Shown here one piece after another: positions 15,699-23,688 of a stretch of 32,000 bases of DNA; position 1 is the first letter of the stretch; each line of letters begins with the position of its first letter. The notes beneath the pieces were generated by a model that did not search any database, had not been told where the DNA came from, and saw only the letters and a list, made by a program, of their open reading frames with translations. The stretch comes from Opitutia bacterium KCR 482 (GTDB lineage: Bacteria; Verrucomicrobiota; Verrucomicrobiia; Opitutales; Intestinicryptomonadaceae). The translations under genes were made by a program, and so were the position numbers. The stretch is taken from contig CP149973.1 in the NCBI GenBank assembly GCA_029269845.2, positions 2,040,001 through 2,072,000 on the forward strand, read 5' to 3'.

Positions 15699-18416
15699 AT
15701 GAATTTGCTTAAACGATTTTCCTCTTTCGCGCCCGCGCTTTTGTGTGCGGCTTCCGCGTTCGCGGCTTCATACAAAGTCGAGACCTTCGGGGACGTTCCG
15801 TTCGTCTCGGTTGACGGAAAGGCGGTGAAGTCGCGCCACTTCCTCGGTTGGACGGGCGGCGGAACGACTCCGCGCGTCGCCGACAAATGGGAGGATTTTT
15901 CCCTCGACGTCTCCCATTCCGCCGACACAAATTCCGCCGCGCTCCGCATTCTTGTGGGCAACGACGTCTCCGAGCTTTGCGTTTCGAAGCTCGAACTCGA
16001 AAACCTCTCCGACGGCTCGCGCGTTTCGCTTTACGATTTTTCCGCAAAGCCCTACGACAAATCCAAGCTTTCGTGGCTGTTCCCCAAGGAAATCCGCCCG
16101 CAGCCCGAAGTTGCAATGCAAAACGAAGTTCTCGACGGCATGCCCGTTTTGCGGATAACAAAAAAGCAGAAAGACGCCACGTTCGACAGGCTCGTATTCC
16201 ACATCAGGTGTTTTTCGCTGAAAAAGGGCGTGAAATACCGCGTGCATGTTCGGGCGAAAACCGACGTGCCGTCGAAAATGCTTTTGATGGCGTATGTCCT
16301 CAATCCGTACCGAAATTTGTCCGACAACAAAATTCCCGTGTTCGGCTCGCAGGTGAAAATCGCGGGCGAAGCGGGGGTCGAGTTTGTGCATTTCGGCGTT
16401 CCCGCGCTTTGCAACCCCGCCGACGAAAACGCGAAGCGGCAGATTGACGCGGCTTTCGCCGAGCTTTTGGCGGCGAACCCGAAGGCCCGCGCGATAGTGC
16501 GCATTCCCACCGAAAACGCCGAGCACCGCAGAATCCACCCCGACGAAGTTTTAATGTCTTTCGACGGCAAGCCCATTACGCGCGGCTACGACGGCGCAAG
16601 CTATTCGTCGCCGTCGTCGGAATCTTTCGGAAAAATTGCCTCCGAGGGAATCCGCAACACCATCGAATACATAGAATCTAAATACGCCGACAACATAGCG
16701 GGATACCACCCGACGGGCGGGCAGTCGGGCGAATTTTTCTACGGGGCGTCGGGCGAGTCCGCATTCGGCGGCTACGACACCGCGACTCTTGCGGCATGGC
16801 GCAAGTGGCTTGCGGAAAAATACAAAACTCCCGAAGCTTTGCAAAAGGCGTGGCGGTCGAAGACCGCCGTTCCGTTCGCGGAAATGCGCGTGCCGACCCC
16901 CGACGAGCGCGGCAAAAACACTTCGCACCTGCTCAATCCCGAAGTCTCCGCTTCCGTTGCCGACTTCAACGCGTTCTTGCAGGACGAAATGGCGAACCTC
17001 GTTTTGCGCTTCGCAAAAACTGTCCGCGAAACGTGCCGCGGGCTGGGCAGGGACAGGCTGTCGCTCGTGTTTTTCGGGTACGCATACGAGCTGTCGGGCT
17101 TCCCCAATTCGCCCGCGGTTGCGGGACACTACGCGCTTGCGAAGATTTTGAAGTCGCCGTACGTCGATATTGTCTCTGGGCCGATTTCCTATTCGGGCAG
17201 GGGCTTGGGCGGCGTAAAGCTTTCGATGAGCGCGGCGGACAGCTTTGCCAATTCGGGCAAAATGTGGTTTGACGAAGACGACAACAGAACATACCTGCTT
17301 TGGACGAGCGGCTCTCCGCAATATGTCGCCGACAAAGCCCAGCGGACGCTTTCCGACACGAGGAAAGTCATGCGCAGAAATCTCTCGCAGGAGATTGTCC
17401 GCAATCATGGCTCTTGGTGGATGGACTTGTTCGGTTGCGGCTGGTTCAACGACCCCGAAATTTGGCGCGAAATGAAGGACGCCCGCGCCGCCGAGCTTGA
17501 CATGCTCGAACGTCCCCAGCCCTATCGCCCCGAAATCGCGCTTATCCATTCCGACAAGTCCGTGATGTACATAGGCGGCAACGGCGCGTCGTTTGCGACA
17601 TCGCGGCAGCTTCTTGACGGCGGCAGAGCCGCTATGAGCCGCGCGGGAACGCCTTTCGGGCAGTACATTTTGGAGGACGCGCTCGACGGCAAACTCTCCG
17701 CAAAACTGCGCGTCTACCTGTTGGCGTCGGCGTTGACGAAGCGCGAGCGCGAAATCCTTGCGACGGCGTCTGAAAAGTCGGCGTCGATGTGGTGCTGGAC
17801 GGCGGGGCTTGTGGACTTGTCGGAAAACGCCTATTCTCTCGACGCAGTGCGCGAGCTTACGGGCTTCGATGTGTCGCATGCGGGCGACGTTCCCGCAGTC
17901 GCCCATTCGACCTCCGCAGGCTTGGCGGCGGGGCTTCCCGCAAAATTCGGCGTGCCGCAAAAAGTAAAGCCGCTTCTTTCGCCCGCCGCCCGCGACGGCG
18001 ACACGGTTTTGGCGAAGTATGCCGACGGTTCGAATGCCGTTGTTCTCCGCACTTCCGGCAGACGCCCGCAGATGTTCGTGGGGACTACCGTCGTGCCCGA
18101 ATCGCTCTACCGTCTGATGGCGTCGGTTTCGGGCGCGCATGTCTACACAAAACAGCCCGCGTCGGTCTACGCAAACGGCGCGTATGTGTCGATTACCGCG
18201 ACGACTTCGGAAGCGCACAAAATCGACCTCGGGCGCGAGGCGGAAGTGTTCGACGCGCTTTCGGGCGAAAGGCTCGGCAAAGCCCGCGTCTTCGAGTTCG
18301 ACATGAAAAAGGGCGACGTGAAATTCCTGCGGCTCGGCGCGGGCAACTCTCAGTACGGCGCGAGGAACGAGAACGTCTCCGTGTTCCGCAGAATCGTGAA
18401 TATGATTGTCGAATAG
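15699..18416 (+). CDS. secreted glycoside-hydrolase-like protein (weak GH42-like signature)
   Basis: Start moved to the ATG at 15699, giving the signal peptide MNLLKRFSSFAPALLCAASAFAAS. The listed 5' extension overlaps rpsA. LAAWRKWLAEKYKTPEALQKAWRS resembles the GH42-type F..WL...Y.t...LN.aW motif. The function call is weak. Confidence 0.7.
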   Translation: MNLLKRFSSFAPALLCAASAFAASYKVETFGDVPFVSVDGKAVKSRHFLGWTGGGTTPRVADKWEDFSLDVSHSADTNSAALRILVGNDVSELCVSKLELENLSDGSRVSLYDFSAKPYDKSKLSWLFPKEIRPQPEVAMQNEVLDGMPVLRITKKQKDATFDRLVFHIRCFSLKKGVKYRVHVRAKTDVPSKMLLMAYVLNPYRNLSDNKIPVFGSQVKIAGEAGVEFVHFGVPALCNPADENAKRQIDAAFAELLAANPKARAIVRIPTENAEHRRIHPDEVLMSFDGKPITRGYDGASYSSPSSESFGKIASEGIRNTIEYIESKYADNIAGYHPTGGQSGEFFYGASGESAFGGYDTATLAAWRKWLAEKYKTPEALQKAWRSKTAVPFAEMRVPTPDERGKNTSHLLNPEVSASVADFNAFLQDEMANLVLRFAKTVRETCRGLGRDRLSLVFFGYAYELSGFPNSPAVAGHYALAKILKSPYVDIVSGPISYSGRGLGGVKLSMSAADSFANSGKMWFDEDDNRTYLLWTSGSPQYVADKAQRTLSDTRKVMRRNLSQEIVRNHGSWWMDLFGCGWFNDPEIWREMKDARAAELDMLERPQPYRPEIALIHSDKSVMYIGGNGASFATSRQLLDGGRAAMSRAGTPFGQYILEDALDGKLSAKLRVYLLASALTKREREILATASEKSASMWCWTAGLVDLSENAYSLDAVRELTGFDVSHAGDVPAVAHSTSAGLAAGLPAKFGVPQKVKPLLSPAARDGDTVLAKYADGSNAVVLRTSGRRPQMFVGTTVVPESLYRLMASVSGAHVYTKQPASVYANGAYVSITATTSEAHKIDLGREAEVFDALSGERLGKARVFEFDMKKGDVKFLRLGAGNSQYGARNENVSVFRRIVNMIVE

Positions 18417-18706
18417 AACACCGCCTGCGCCAAATGGGGAATCCGCAACACAGGCGGCGCGACAGTCCCAACAACGGCAATCGGCAGTAAAACCATCGCA
18501 AGCGCGTTTTGCGAAAACGCCGCGCGGAAATCGCCGTGCGTGAGTGCGTGCAGGGCGCGGAGCGTGCCGCAGCCGGGGCAGTGCAGGTGCGTAATAAGGT
18601 TCGTGGGGCAGGGCGGGAAAAACGGGTCGCTCGACGGGTCGAAAAAGTACGCGGCTACCGCCGCGGCGGCGACGATTCCCAAAAGCGCAAATTCCAAAAT
18701 CCTCAC
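18350..18706 (-). CDS. DUF2752-family membrane protein
   Basis: CPTNLITHLHCPGCGTLRALHAL is the CP...G..CPGCG.tRa hallmark, flanked by TM segments. The proposed GTG start (18704-18706) overlaps the upstream gene's TGA (18703-18705) as GTGA. Confidence 0.75.
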   Translation of the reverse strand: MRILEFALLGIVAAAAVAAYFFDPSSDPFFPPCPTNLITHLHCPGCGTLRALHALTHGDFRAAFSQNALAMVLLPIAVVGTVAPPVLRIPHLAQAVFYSTIIFTILRNTETFSFLAPY

Positions 18707-19005
18707 GGCCGTATCGACATTGCAAACTCCTCCACTGCGGGGAGAATGTATTTTATTGTGAAAACCACCGCGCCGTAAACAAGCGCGGCGTTGAGTATCG
18801 TAGAGGGAATCAGCCCCCAGCGCGCCCATTTTTTAGCGGCGCGGGCTTCGGATTCCGCCGCGGCGGGGTCTCCCGCGAGCCTTGCCTTCATCGCCCTCGT
18901 CGAGCGTGCAAGCCCGAAGAGCGCAAAGTAGTTGCCGAGCAGAAAAAACGAGAGCATGCACTCCCTGCTTCCGTCGTCGAACGCGCCGTTTTTGTCTTTG
19001 CCCAT
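18703..19005 (-). CDS. divergent CD225/dispanin-like small membrane protein
   Basis: From the ATG at 19005: two TM segments flank RSTRAMKARLAGDPAAAESEARAAKKW, the CD225 inter-helix motif (GD...A...S..AKkW). It lacks the CC.P motif of its two paralogs. Confidence 0.6.
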   Translation of the reverse strand: MGKDKNGAFDDGSRECMLSFFLLGNYFALFGLARSTRAMKARLAGDPAAAESEARAAKKWARWGLIPSTILNAALVYGAVVFTIKYILPAVEEFAMSIRP

Positions 19006-19006
19006 T

Positions 19007-19249
19007 TTAGAAAAGCGACGCCGCAAGGGCGCAGAGGTAGACCGCCGCGCCGAGAACGACCGCCGCAAGCCCCCAGAATTTCGCCTTTTCCGCCGCCATC
19101 ATCGCCTTTGCGGGGTTGTCGAGGGCGATGAACGTGTTTGCCCGCCCCGCGTAGTAGACGGCGGCGACCCCCGCGGGCGGCATGCAGAACACCGTCGCGA
19201 GAATGCCGAGGAGCATGTATTTTTTTACTTTGTCTTGCAGTTCTTCCAT
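19007..19249 (-). CDS. CD225/dispanin (IFITM-like) family protein
   Basis: From the ATG at 19249: MEELQDKVKKYMLLGILATVFCMPPAGVAAVYYAGRANTFIALDNPAKAMMAAEKAKFWGLAAVVLGAAVYL. This is the canonical CD225 layout. Confidence 0.78.
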   Translation of the reverse strand: MEELQDKVKKYMLLGILATVFCMPPAGVAAVYYAGRANTFIALDNPAKAMMAAEKAKFWGLAAVVLGAAVYLCALAASLF

Positions 19250-19254
19250 GTCTT

Positions 19255-19524
19255 TTAGTCGAGTGTGGACAACGCCAGTGCCGCGCAAATCCAGATGATA
19301 AGCCCTATCGCGTATACCGAAAGCCCCGCGAACAGCGAAACCAGAATCCAGTTTTTCGCCGCCTGAGAAGACTCCGCCGCCGCCCTGCGGTTGCCCGCAA
19401 GCAGAGCTGATTCCGTCTGCGACGAGTGGTACACCGCCATTATGCCGAACGGCAGGCAGCAGAACACCGTCGCCAAAATTGCGGGGACAAGCCTTGTCGG
19501 GATTTCGCCGTATTCGTTTTCCAT
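19255..19524 (-). CDS. CD225/dispanin (IFITM-like) family protein
   Basis: From the ATG at 19524: VPAILATVFCCLPFGIMAVYHSSQTESALLAGNRRAAAESSQAAKNWILVSLFAGL. It has the CC.P.GI.A..yS motif plus a second TM segment. Confidence 0.8.
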   Translation of the reverse strand: MENEYGEIPTRLVPAILATVFCCLPFGIMAVYHSSQTESALLAGNRRAAAESSQAAKNWILVSLFAGLSVYAIGLIIWICAALALSTLD

Positions 19525-19639
19525 ATATATACAGAAATAATATTTTGCGCTTTGTTCGGGCAAGCTTAAAAAAATCCGCATTGAAAATTGCGCGTTTCGC
19601 GCTTTGATTTTGCGGCTTCAAAAAAACGAAAAAAATTGC

Positions 19640-19668
19640 TTGACATTGTTTTTGCGGAGAAAAATATC
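19640..19668 (+). promoter_or_regulatory. putative sigma70-type promoter of the trp operon
   Basis: There is a perfect -35 TTGACA (19640-19645). The -10 candidates are weak: AAATAT, AATATC or ATATCG at 16-18 nt spacing. It lies about 25 nt upstream of the leader ORF. Confidence 0.4.
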
Positions 19669-19689
19669 GAAACTCGAAAATTCAAATTA

Positions 19690-19725
19690 ATGAAAAATTG
19701 GTGGTCCAGTCCGAAGGTCGCATAG
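19690..19725 (+). CDS. trpL: trp operon leader peptide MKNWWSSPKVA (tandem Trp codons)
   Basis: ATG AAA AAT TGG TGG TCC AGT CCG AAG GTC GCA TAG. It sits between the promoter-like element and an intrinsic terminator that ends 12 nt before trpE. Confidence 0.7.
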   Translation: MKNWWSSPKVA

Positions 19726-19758
19726 AGTTTAAAACGGTTTAAACTTTTGGCGGCCTTT
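19712..19758 (+). promoter_or_regulatory. candidate antiterminator helix of the trp attenuator
   Basis: GAAGGTCGC (19712-19720) can pair with GCGGCCTTT (19750-19758), giving 9 bp including 2 G-U. This sequesters the 5' arm of the terminator. The helix encloses an AT hairpin, GTTTAAA (19727-19733) with TTTAAAC (19738-19744). Confidence 0.45.
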
Positions 19759-19778
19759 TGTCTCGGCCGCTTTTTTTT
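19749..19778 (+). terminator. trp attenuator terminator
   Basis: GCGGCC (19750-19755) pairs with GGCCGC (19765-19770) around a 9-nt loop. T8 follows at 19771-19778, immediately upstream of the trpE ATG at 19791. Confidence 0.75.
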
Positions 19779-19790
19779 GCGCCAAACAAA

Positions 19791-21299
19791 ATGACACCAA
19801 CATTCGAACAATTCAAAAAGTACGCTTCGGACTCGAACGTAATCCCCGTCTACGCCGAATTGCTCGCCGACTTGGAAACGCCCGTTTCGGTTTTCGCCAA
19901 GCTCGACGGACTCGAAAACTGCTTTCTTTTCGAGAGCGCGGAAAACGTCGACAACTGGGGGCGTTATTCGTTCATAGGCTTCGCGCCCCGCGCGACGTTT
20001 TCGCTTGTCGGGAGGAAGTCGGTGCTTGCGTTCGCCGACGGACGCAAGGTTGAATCGACTTCCGAAGAGGGGCTTGCGCCGCTCGCGCCGCTTCGCGACT
20101 ATCTTGCCTCGCGCAAGCCCGCAAGGCTCGACACCCTTCCGCGCTTTTTCGGCGGGGCGGTCGGCTACTTCGGCTACGAGTGCGTGGGGCTTTTCGAAAA
20201 GCTCCCCGATCCCAAGGGCGAGCGCAAGTTCGACGACGCGTTCTTCGGCATCTACGACGACATCATAATTTTCGACAACCTCCGCCACACGGCGAAAATC
20301 GTCGCGTGCGCGAACATAGACGAATTCGACTCTCTCGAAGCCGCCTACCGCGACGCCTGCGCGAGGGTCGAAAAAATGTCCGAAATCTACAAGTCGCCGC
20401 GCCGCCGCCCGCTGACCGCGCAGAACATCGGCGAGATTCGCCTGAAATCGAACATGTCGCACGACGACTTCTGCGATATGGTAGAAAAGGCGAAAGAGTA
20501 TATAAAGCAGGGTGAAATCATACAGGTGGTGCCGTCGCAGCGCTTCTCGACCGACGCGCCCATCGACCCGATTGCCGCATACCGCGCCCTCAGGCTCATA
20601 AATCCGTCGCCCTACATGTTCTGCCTTAAACTCGGCGAAAAATACCTTGTCGGCTCGTCGCCCGAAACGCTTTTGCGCTTCTGCGACGGCAAGGCGCACG
20701 TCCGCCCGATTGCGGGCACGCGCCGCAGAGGCTCGGACGAAAACGAGGACATGCGCCTTGCCTCCGAATTGCTCTCGAACGAAAAGGAACGCGCCGAGCA
20801 CCTCATGCTCGTTGACTTGGGGCGCAACGACCTCTCGCGCTTCTGCGAGGCGGGCAGCGTTCAGGTGGGCGACTTCATGTCGGTCGAGCGGTACTCGCAC
20901 GTCATGCACCTGGTTTCCGACGTTTCGGGCGAAGTCAAAAAGGGCGTGGACGCGTTCGACGCGCTCGCGGCGGCTTTCCCAGCGGGCACTCTTTCGGGAG
21001 CGCCGAAAATCCGCGCAATGCAGATTATAAACGAGCTTGAACCCGAACGCCGCGGCTGCTACGGCGGGGCTGTCGGCTACATCGGCTACGACGGCAACAT
21101 GGACTTGGCGATTACAATCAGAACCCTCCAAATCTGCGACGGCATTACGTCGGTGCAGGCGGGCGCGGGCATTGTCTACGACTCCGTTCCCGAATTCGAG
21201 TACGAGGAAACCCGCATGAAAGCCCGCGCCGTGGCGAGGGCGATCGAAGCCGCGCACAATTTGGAATCGCTCGACGTCGCCGAGCTGGAAAGGAAATAG
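19791..21299 (+). CDS. trpE: anthranilate synthase component I
   Basis: FESAE, LINPSPYMF, IAGTRRRG, ELLSNEKERAEHLMLVDLGRNDL and GTLSGAPKIRAMQII are canonical TrpE motifs. The start is set at the ATG downstream of the terminator. Confidence 0.95.
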   Translation: MTPTFEQFKKYASDSNVIPVYAELLADLETPVSVFAKLDGLENCFLFESAENVDNWGRYSFIGFAPRATFSLVGRKSVLAFADGRKVESTSEEGLAPLAPLRDYLASRKPARLDTLPRFFGGAVGYFGYECVGLFEKLPDPKGERKFDDAFFGIYDDIIIFDNLRHTAKIVACANIDEFDSLEAAYRDACARVEKMSEIYKSPRRRPLTAQNIGEIRLKSNMSHDDFCDMVEKAKEYIKQGEIIQVVPSQRFSTDAPIDPIAAYRALRLINPSPYMFCLKLGEKYLVGSSPETLLRFCDGKAHVRPIAGTRRRGSDENEDMRLASELLSNEKERAEHLMLVDLGRNDLSRFCEAGSVQVGDFMSVERYSHVMHLVSDVSGEVKKGVDAFDALAAAFPAGTLSGAPKIRAMQIINELEPERRGCYGGAVGYIGYDGNMDLAITIRTLQICDGITSVQAGAGIVYDSVPEFEYEETRMKARAVARAIEAAHNLESLDVAELERK

Positions 21300-21302
21300 A
21301 AA

Positions 21303-21878
21303 ATGGTACTTCTTATTGACAATTACGATTCGTTCACATACAACCTGTCGCACTATTTGCAGACTCTCGGCGCGGACGTGCGCGTGGTGAGAAACGACGC
21401 GATGACCGCGGACGGGCTTTTCGGACTGGGAGCGTCGGCTGTGGTCGTCTCCCCCGGGCCGAGTTCGCCCAAAAACGCGGGTGTGTGCGTCGAGTTCATT
21501 CAGAAATTCGCGGGGCGCGTGCCGATGTTCGGCGTGTGCCTCGGCATGCAGTCGATAGGCTGCGCGTTCGGCGGCAAAATCGTCAGGGCGATGCGCACAA
21601 TGCACGGCAAGGTAAGCAAAATAGAGCACGACGGCAGGGGCTGCTTCAAGGGAATAGCGTCGCCGATGTCGGTGGTTCGCTACCATTCGCTCGCGGTCGA
21701 ACGCGCGACTCTTCCGCCGTGCCTCGAAGTTTCGGCTCAGGCTGAGGACGGCGAAATCATGGCTCTGCGCCACAGGGAGTATCTGATTGAGGGCGTGCAG
21801 TTCCACCCCGAATCGATTCTGACTTACGGCGGCAAGCGCATTCTCGCAAACTTTCTCGAAGAGGCCGACGCAAAATGA
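21303..21878 (+). CDS. trpG: anthranilate synthase component II (glutamine amidotransferase)
   Basis: LLIDNYDSFTYNL, SPGP, GVCLGMQ (catalytic Cys) and GVQFHPES are present. Confidence 0.95.
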   Translation: MVLLIDNYDSFTYNLSHYLQTLGADVRVVRNDAMTADGLFGLGASAVVVSPGPSSPKNAGVCVEFIQKFAGRVPMFGVCLGMQSIGCAFGGKIVRAMRTMHGKVSKIEHDGRGCFKGIASPMSVVRYHSLAVERATLPPCLEVSAQAEDGEIMALRHREYLIEGVQFHPESILTYGGKRILANFLEEADAK

Positions 21879-22903
21879 ACGCCGAATGCACACTCCGCGC
21901 CCTGCGCAAAATAGCCAACACCCGCGCGAACCTCTCCGCCGACGAGAGCCGCGCCGTGTTCGACGAAATCATGGGCGGCGAGGTTGACGACCGCACGCTT
22001 GCGGCGTTCCTTACCGCGCTCAAAATGAAGGGTGAAACCGTAGACGAAATCGTGGGGGCGGCGTCCGCCATGCGCAAGAGGGCGGCGTTTGTAAACGCGG
22101 GAGCGTACGCGCCGATTGACACCTGCGGCACGGGCGGCGACGGCATGGACACCTTCAACATATCCACGACCTCCGCGTTCATAGTGGCGGGCGCGGGAGT
22201 GGGAGTGGCAAAGCACGGCAACAGGGCGGCGACGAGCAAATGCGGCTCCGGCGACGTTCTCGCCGCGCTCGGCTTCAACCTCGACGTCCACCCCGAAGTG
22301 ATGGAGCACTGCTTGCAGGAAAACGGAATCGCGTTTCTTTTCGCGCCAAAAATGCACCCCGCAATGCGCTACGCCGCGCCCGTCCGCAAGGCTCTGGGCT
22401 TCCGCACGGCGTTCAATCTGCTCGGGCCGCTGGTGAATCCGGCGGGGGCGACGGGGCAGGTCGTGGGAGTGTTCGACGCCTCGATGACGGAGTTTGTCGC
22501 CGAGTGCCTCAAAAGGCTCGGCGGACGCCGCGCGTTCGTAATCCACGGCGACGACGGCTTGGACGAAATTTCGCCGTGCGCTCCCACAAAAGTCAGCGAG
22601 CTTAAAAACGGCTTCGTCAAGACCTACGAATTCAACCCTCTGAAATACATTCCGAACCTCGCCGACATGTCGGAGCTGCGCGGGGGCGACCCCGCCGAAA
22701 ACGCGGAAATCACGCGCGGCATTCTCGACGGGAAAATCGGCGGCGGCGCAAGGAACGCGTGCCTGCTCAACGCCGCGGCGGGAATCGTCGTCGGCGGAAA
22801 AACCGCCGACTTCGGCGAGGCCGTGGAGCTTGCAAAAAAATCTCTGGATTCTGGCGCGGCCCGCGCAAAGCTCGACGTCCTCGTAAAATTTTCAAGACAA
22901 TGA
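21875..22903 (+). CDS. trpD: anthranilate phosphoribosyltransferase
   Basis: AAFLTALKMKGET, DTCGTGGDG, NISTTSA, KHGNRA and NLLGPLVNPA are present. It has an ATGA overlap with trpG. Confidence 0.95.
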   Translation: MNAECTLRALRKIANTRANLSADESRAVFDEIMGGEVDDRTLAAFLTALKMKGETVDEIVGAASAMRKRAAFVNAGAYAPIDTCGTGGDGMDTFNISTTSAFIVAGAGVGVAKHGNRAATSKCGSGDVLAALGFNLDVHPEVMEHCLQENGIAFLFAPKMHPAMRYAAPVRKALGFRTAFNLLGPLVNPAGATGQVVGVFDASMTEFVAECLKRLGGRRAFVIHGDDGLDEISPCAPTKVSELKNGFVKTYEFNPLKYIPNLADMSELRGGDPAENAEITRGILDGKIGGGARNACLLNAAAGIVVGGKTADFGEAVELAKKSLDSGAARAKLDVLVKFSRQ

Positions 22904-23688
22904 GCGACATTCTCGAAACAATCCGCGACGCCTCCCGCGCCGATTTGGACGCGGCGAAAAAACGCCTTCCCTTTGCGGAGCTTCTTTCCGCCGCCGAAAA
23001 AACGCCCCGCGCGGCGTCGTTCAAAAACGCCCTGCGCGCGCGCGGCGGCAACCCCGCGGTAATCGCCGAAATGAAAAAGGCGTCGCCGTCGGCTGGGCTT
23101 ATCCGCGCCGACTTCGAGCCGTCGAAACTTTGTGTTGAGCTGGAGTCGGCTGGGGCGTCCGCGCTGTCGGTGCTTACCGAGCGCAACTATTTTCTAGGAA
23201 GCCTCGAATTTCTGCGCGACGCCGCAACCCGCGTGAAAATTCCGCTTTTGCGCAAGGATTTCATTTTCGACGAATACCAGATTGCCGAGGCGAAAGCCGC
23301 GGGGGCGTCCGCGGTGCTTCTCATCGCAAAAATGCTTAAAAAGCCCGACTTCAAGCGGCTCTTCGACTTCGCAAAATCGCTCTCGCTCGACGTTCTCGCC
23401 GAGGCGCACGACGAAGCGGAAATCGCCGCCGCCCTCGACTGCGGTGCGGACATCGTCGGCGTGAACTGCCGCAACCTGCGCACGTTCGGGCTTGATTTTT
23501 CGGTTTCTGAACGCCTGCTGAAAACGCTGCCCGATTGCGTCGTGAAAGTGGCGGAAAGCGGCGTGGACTCTCGCGAAACGCTGTTGCGCGCGCGCGGCGC
23601 GGGGGCGGACGCCGCACTTGTGGGAACCGCGCTGATGAAGGAGCAATCGCCGTCTGAGGCGTTGAAAAAACTTTTGGGGGCGCTGTGA
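22900..23688 (+). CDS. trpC: indole-3-glycerol phosphate synthase
   Basis: From the ATG at 22900 (ATGA overlap with the trpD stop): VIAEMKKASPS, LSVLTE, LRKDFI, LLI and GVNCRNL are present. Confidence 0.93.
   Translation: MSDILETIRDASRADLDAAKKRLPFAELLSAAEKTPRAASFKNALRARGGNPAVIAEMKKASPSAGLIRADFEPSKLCVELESAGASALSVLTERNYFLGSLEFLRDAATRVKIPLLRKDFIFDEYQIAEAKAAGASAVLLIAKMLKKPDFKRLFDFAKSLSLDVLAEAHDEAEIAAALDCGADIVGVNCRNLRTFGLDFSVSERLLKTLPDCVVKVAESGVDSRETLLRARGAGADAALVGTALMKEQSPSEALKKLLGAL

Noticed and set aside
16551-18725. 724-aa minus-strand ORF opposite the second glycoside-hydrolase-like gene.
   Set aside because: It is extremely Arg-rich (RRRRGGSR, RRRRKDFALALRQRRRQQ) and spans two real genes and their junction, so it is a shadow ORF. 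The same reasoning applies to 6363-7928(-), 25503-26483(-), 27578-29266(-), 29650-30558(-), 5236-5817(-), 7745-8713(+) and 30711-31520(+).
19758-19790. An 11-codon upstream extension of trpE (MSRPLFFAPNK).
   Set aside because: It would start inside the attenuator terminator hairpin and T-tract. The conserved TrpE N-terminus begins at the ATG at 19791.
19680-19790. TRAP-binding (G/U)AG repeat array or a T-box element as an alternative trp operon control.
   Set aside because: There is no series of regularly spaced GAG/UAG triplets and no T-box conserved sequence or specifier-loop architecture. The region is only about 100 nt and is fully accounted for by the leader ORF plus hairpins.
19566-21893. 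775-aa minus-strand ORF covering the trp leader, trpE and trpG.
   Set aside because: It is antisense to canonical trpE and trpG, has an Arg/His-rich composition, and crosses the intergenic promoter/attenuator region.
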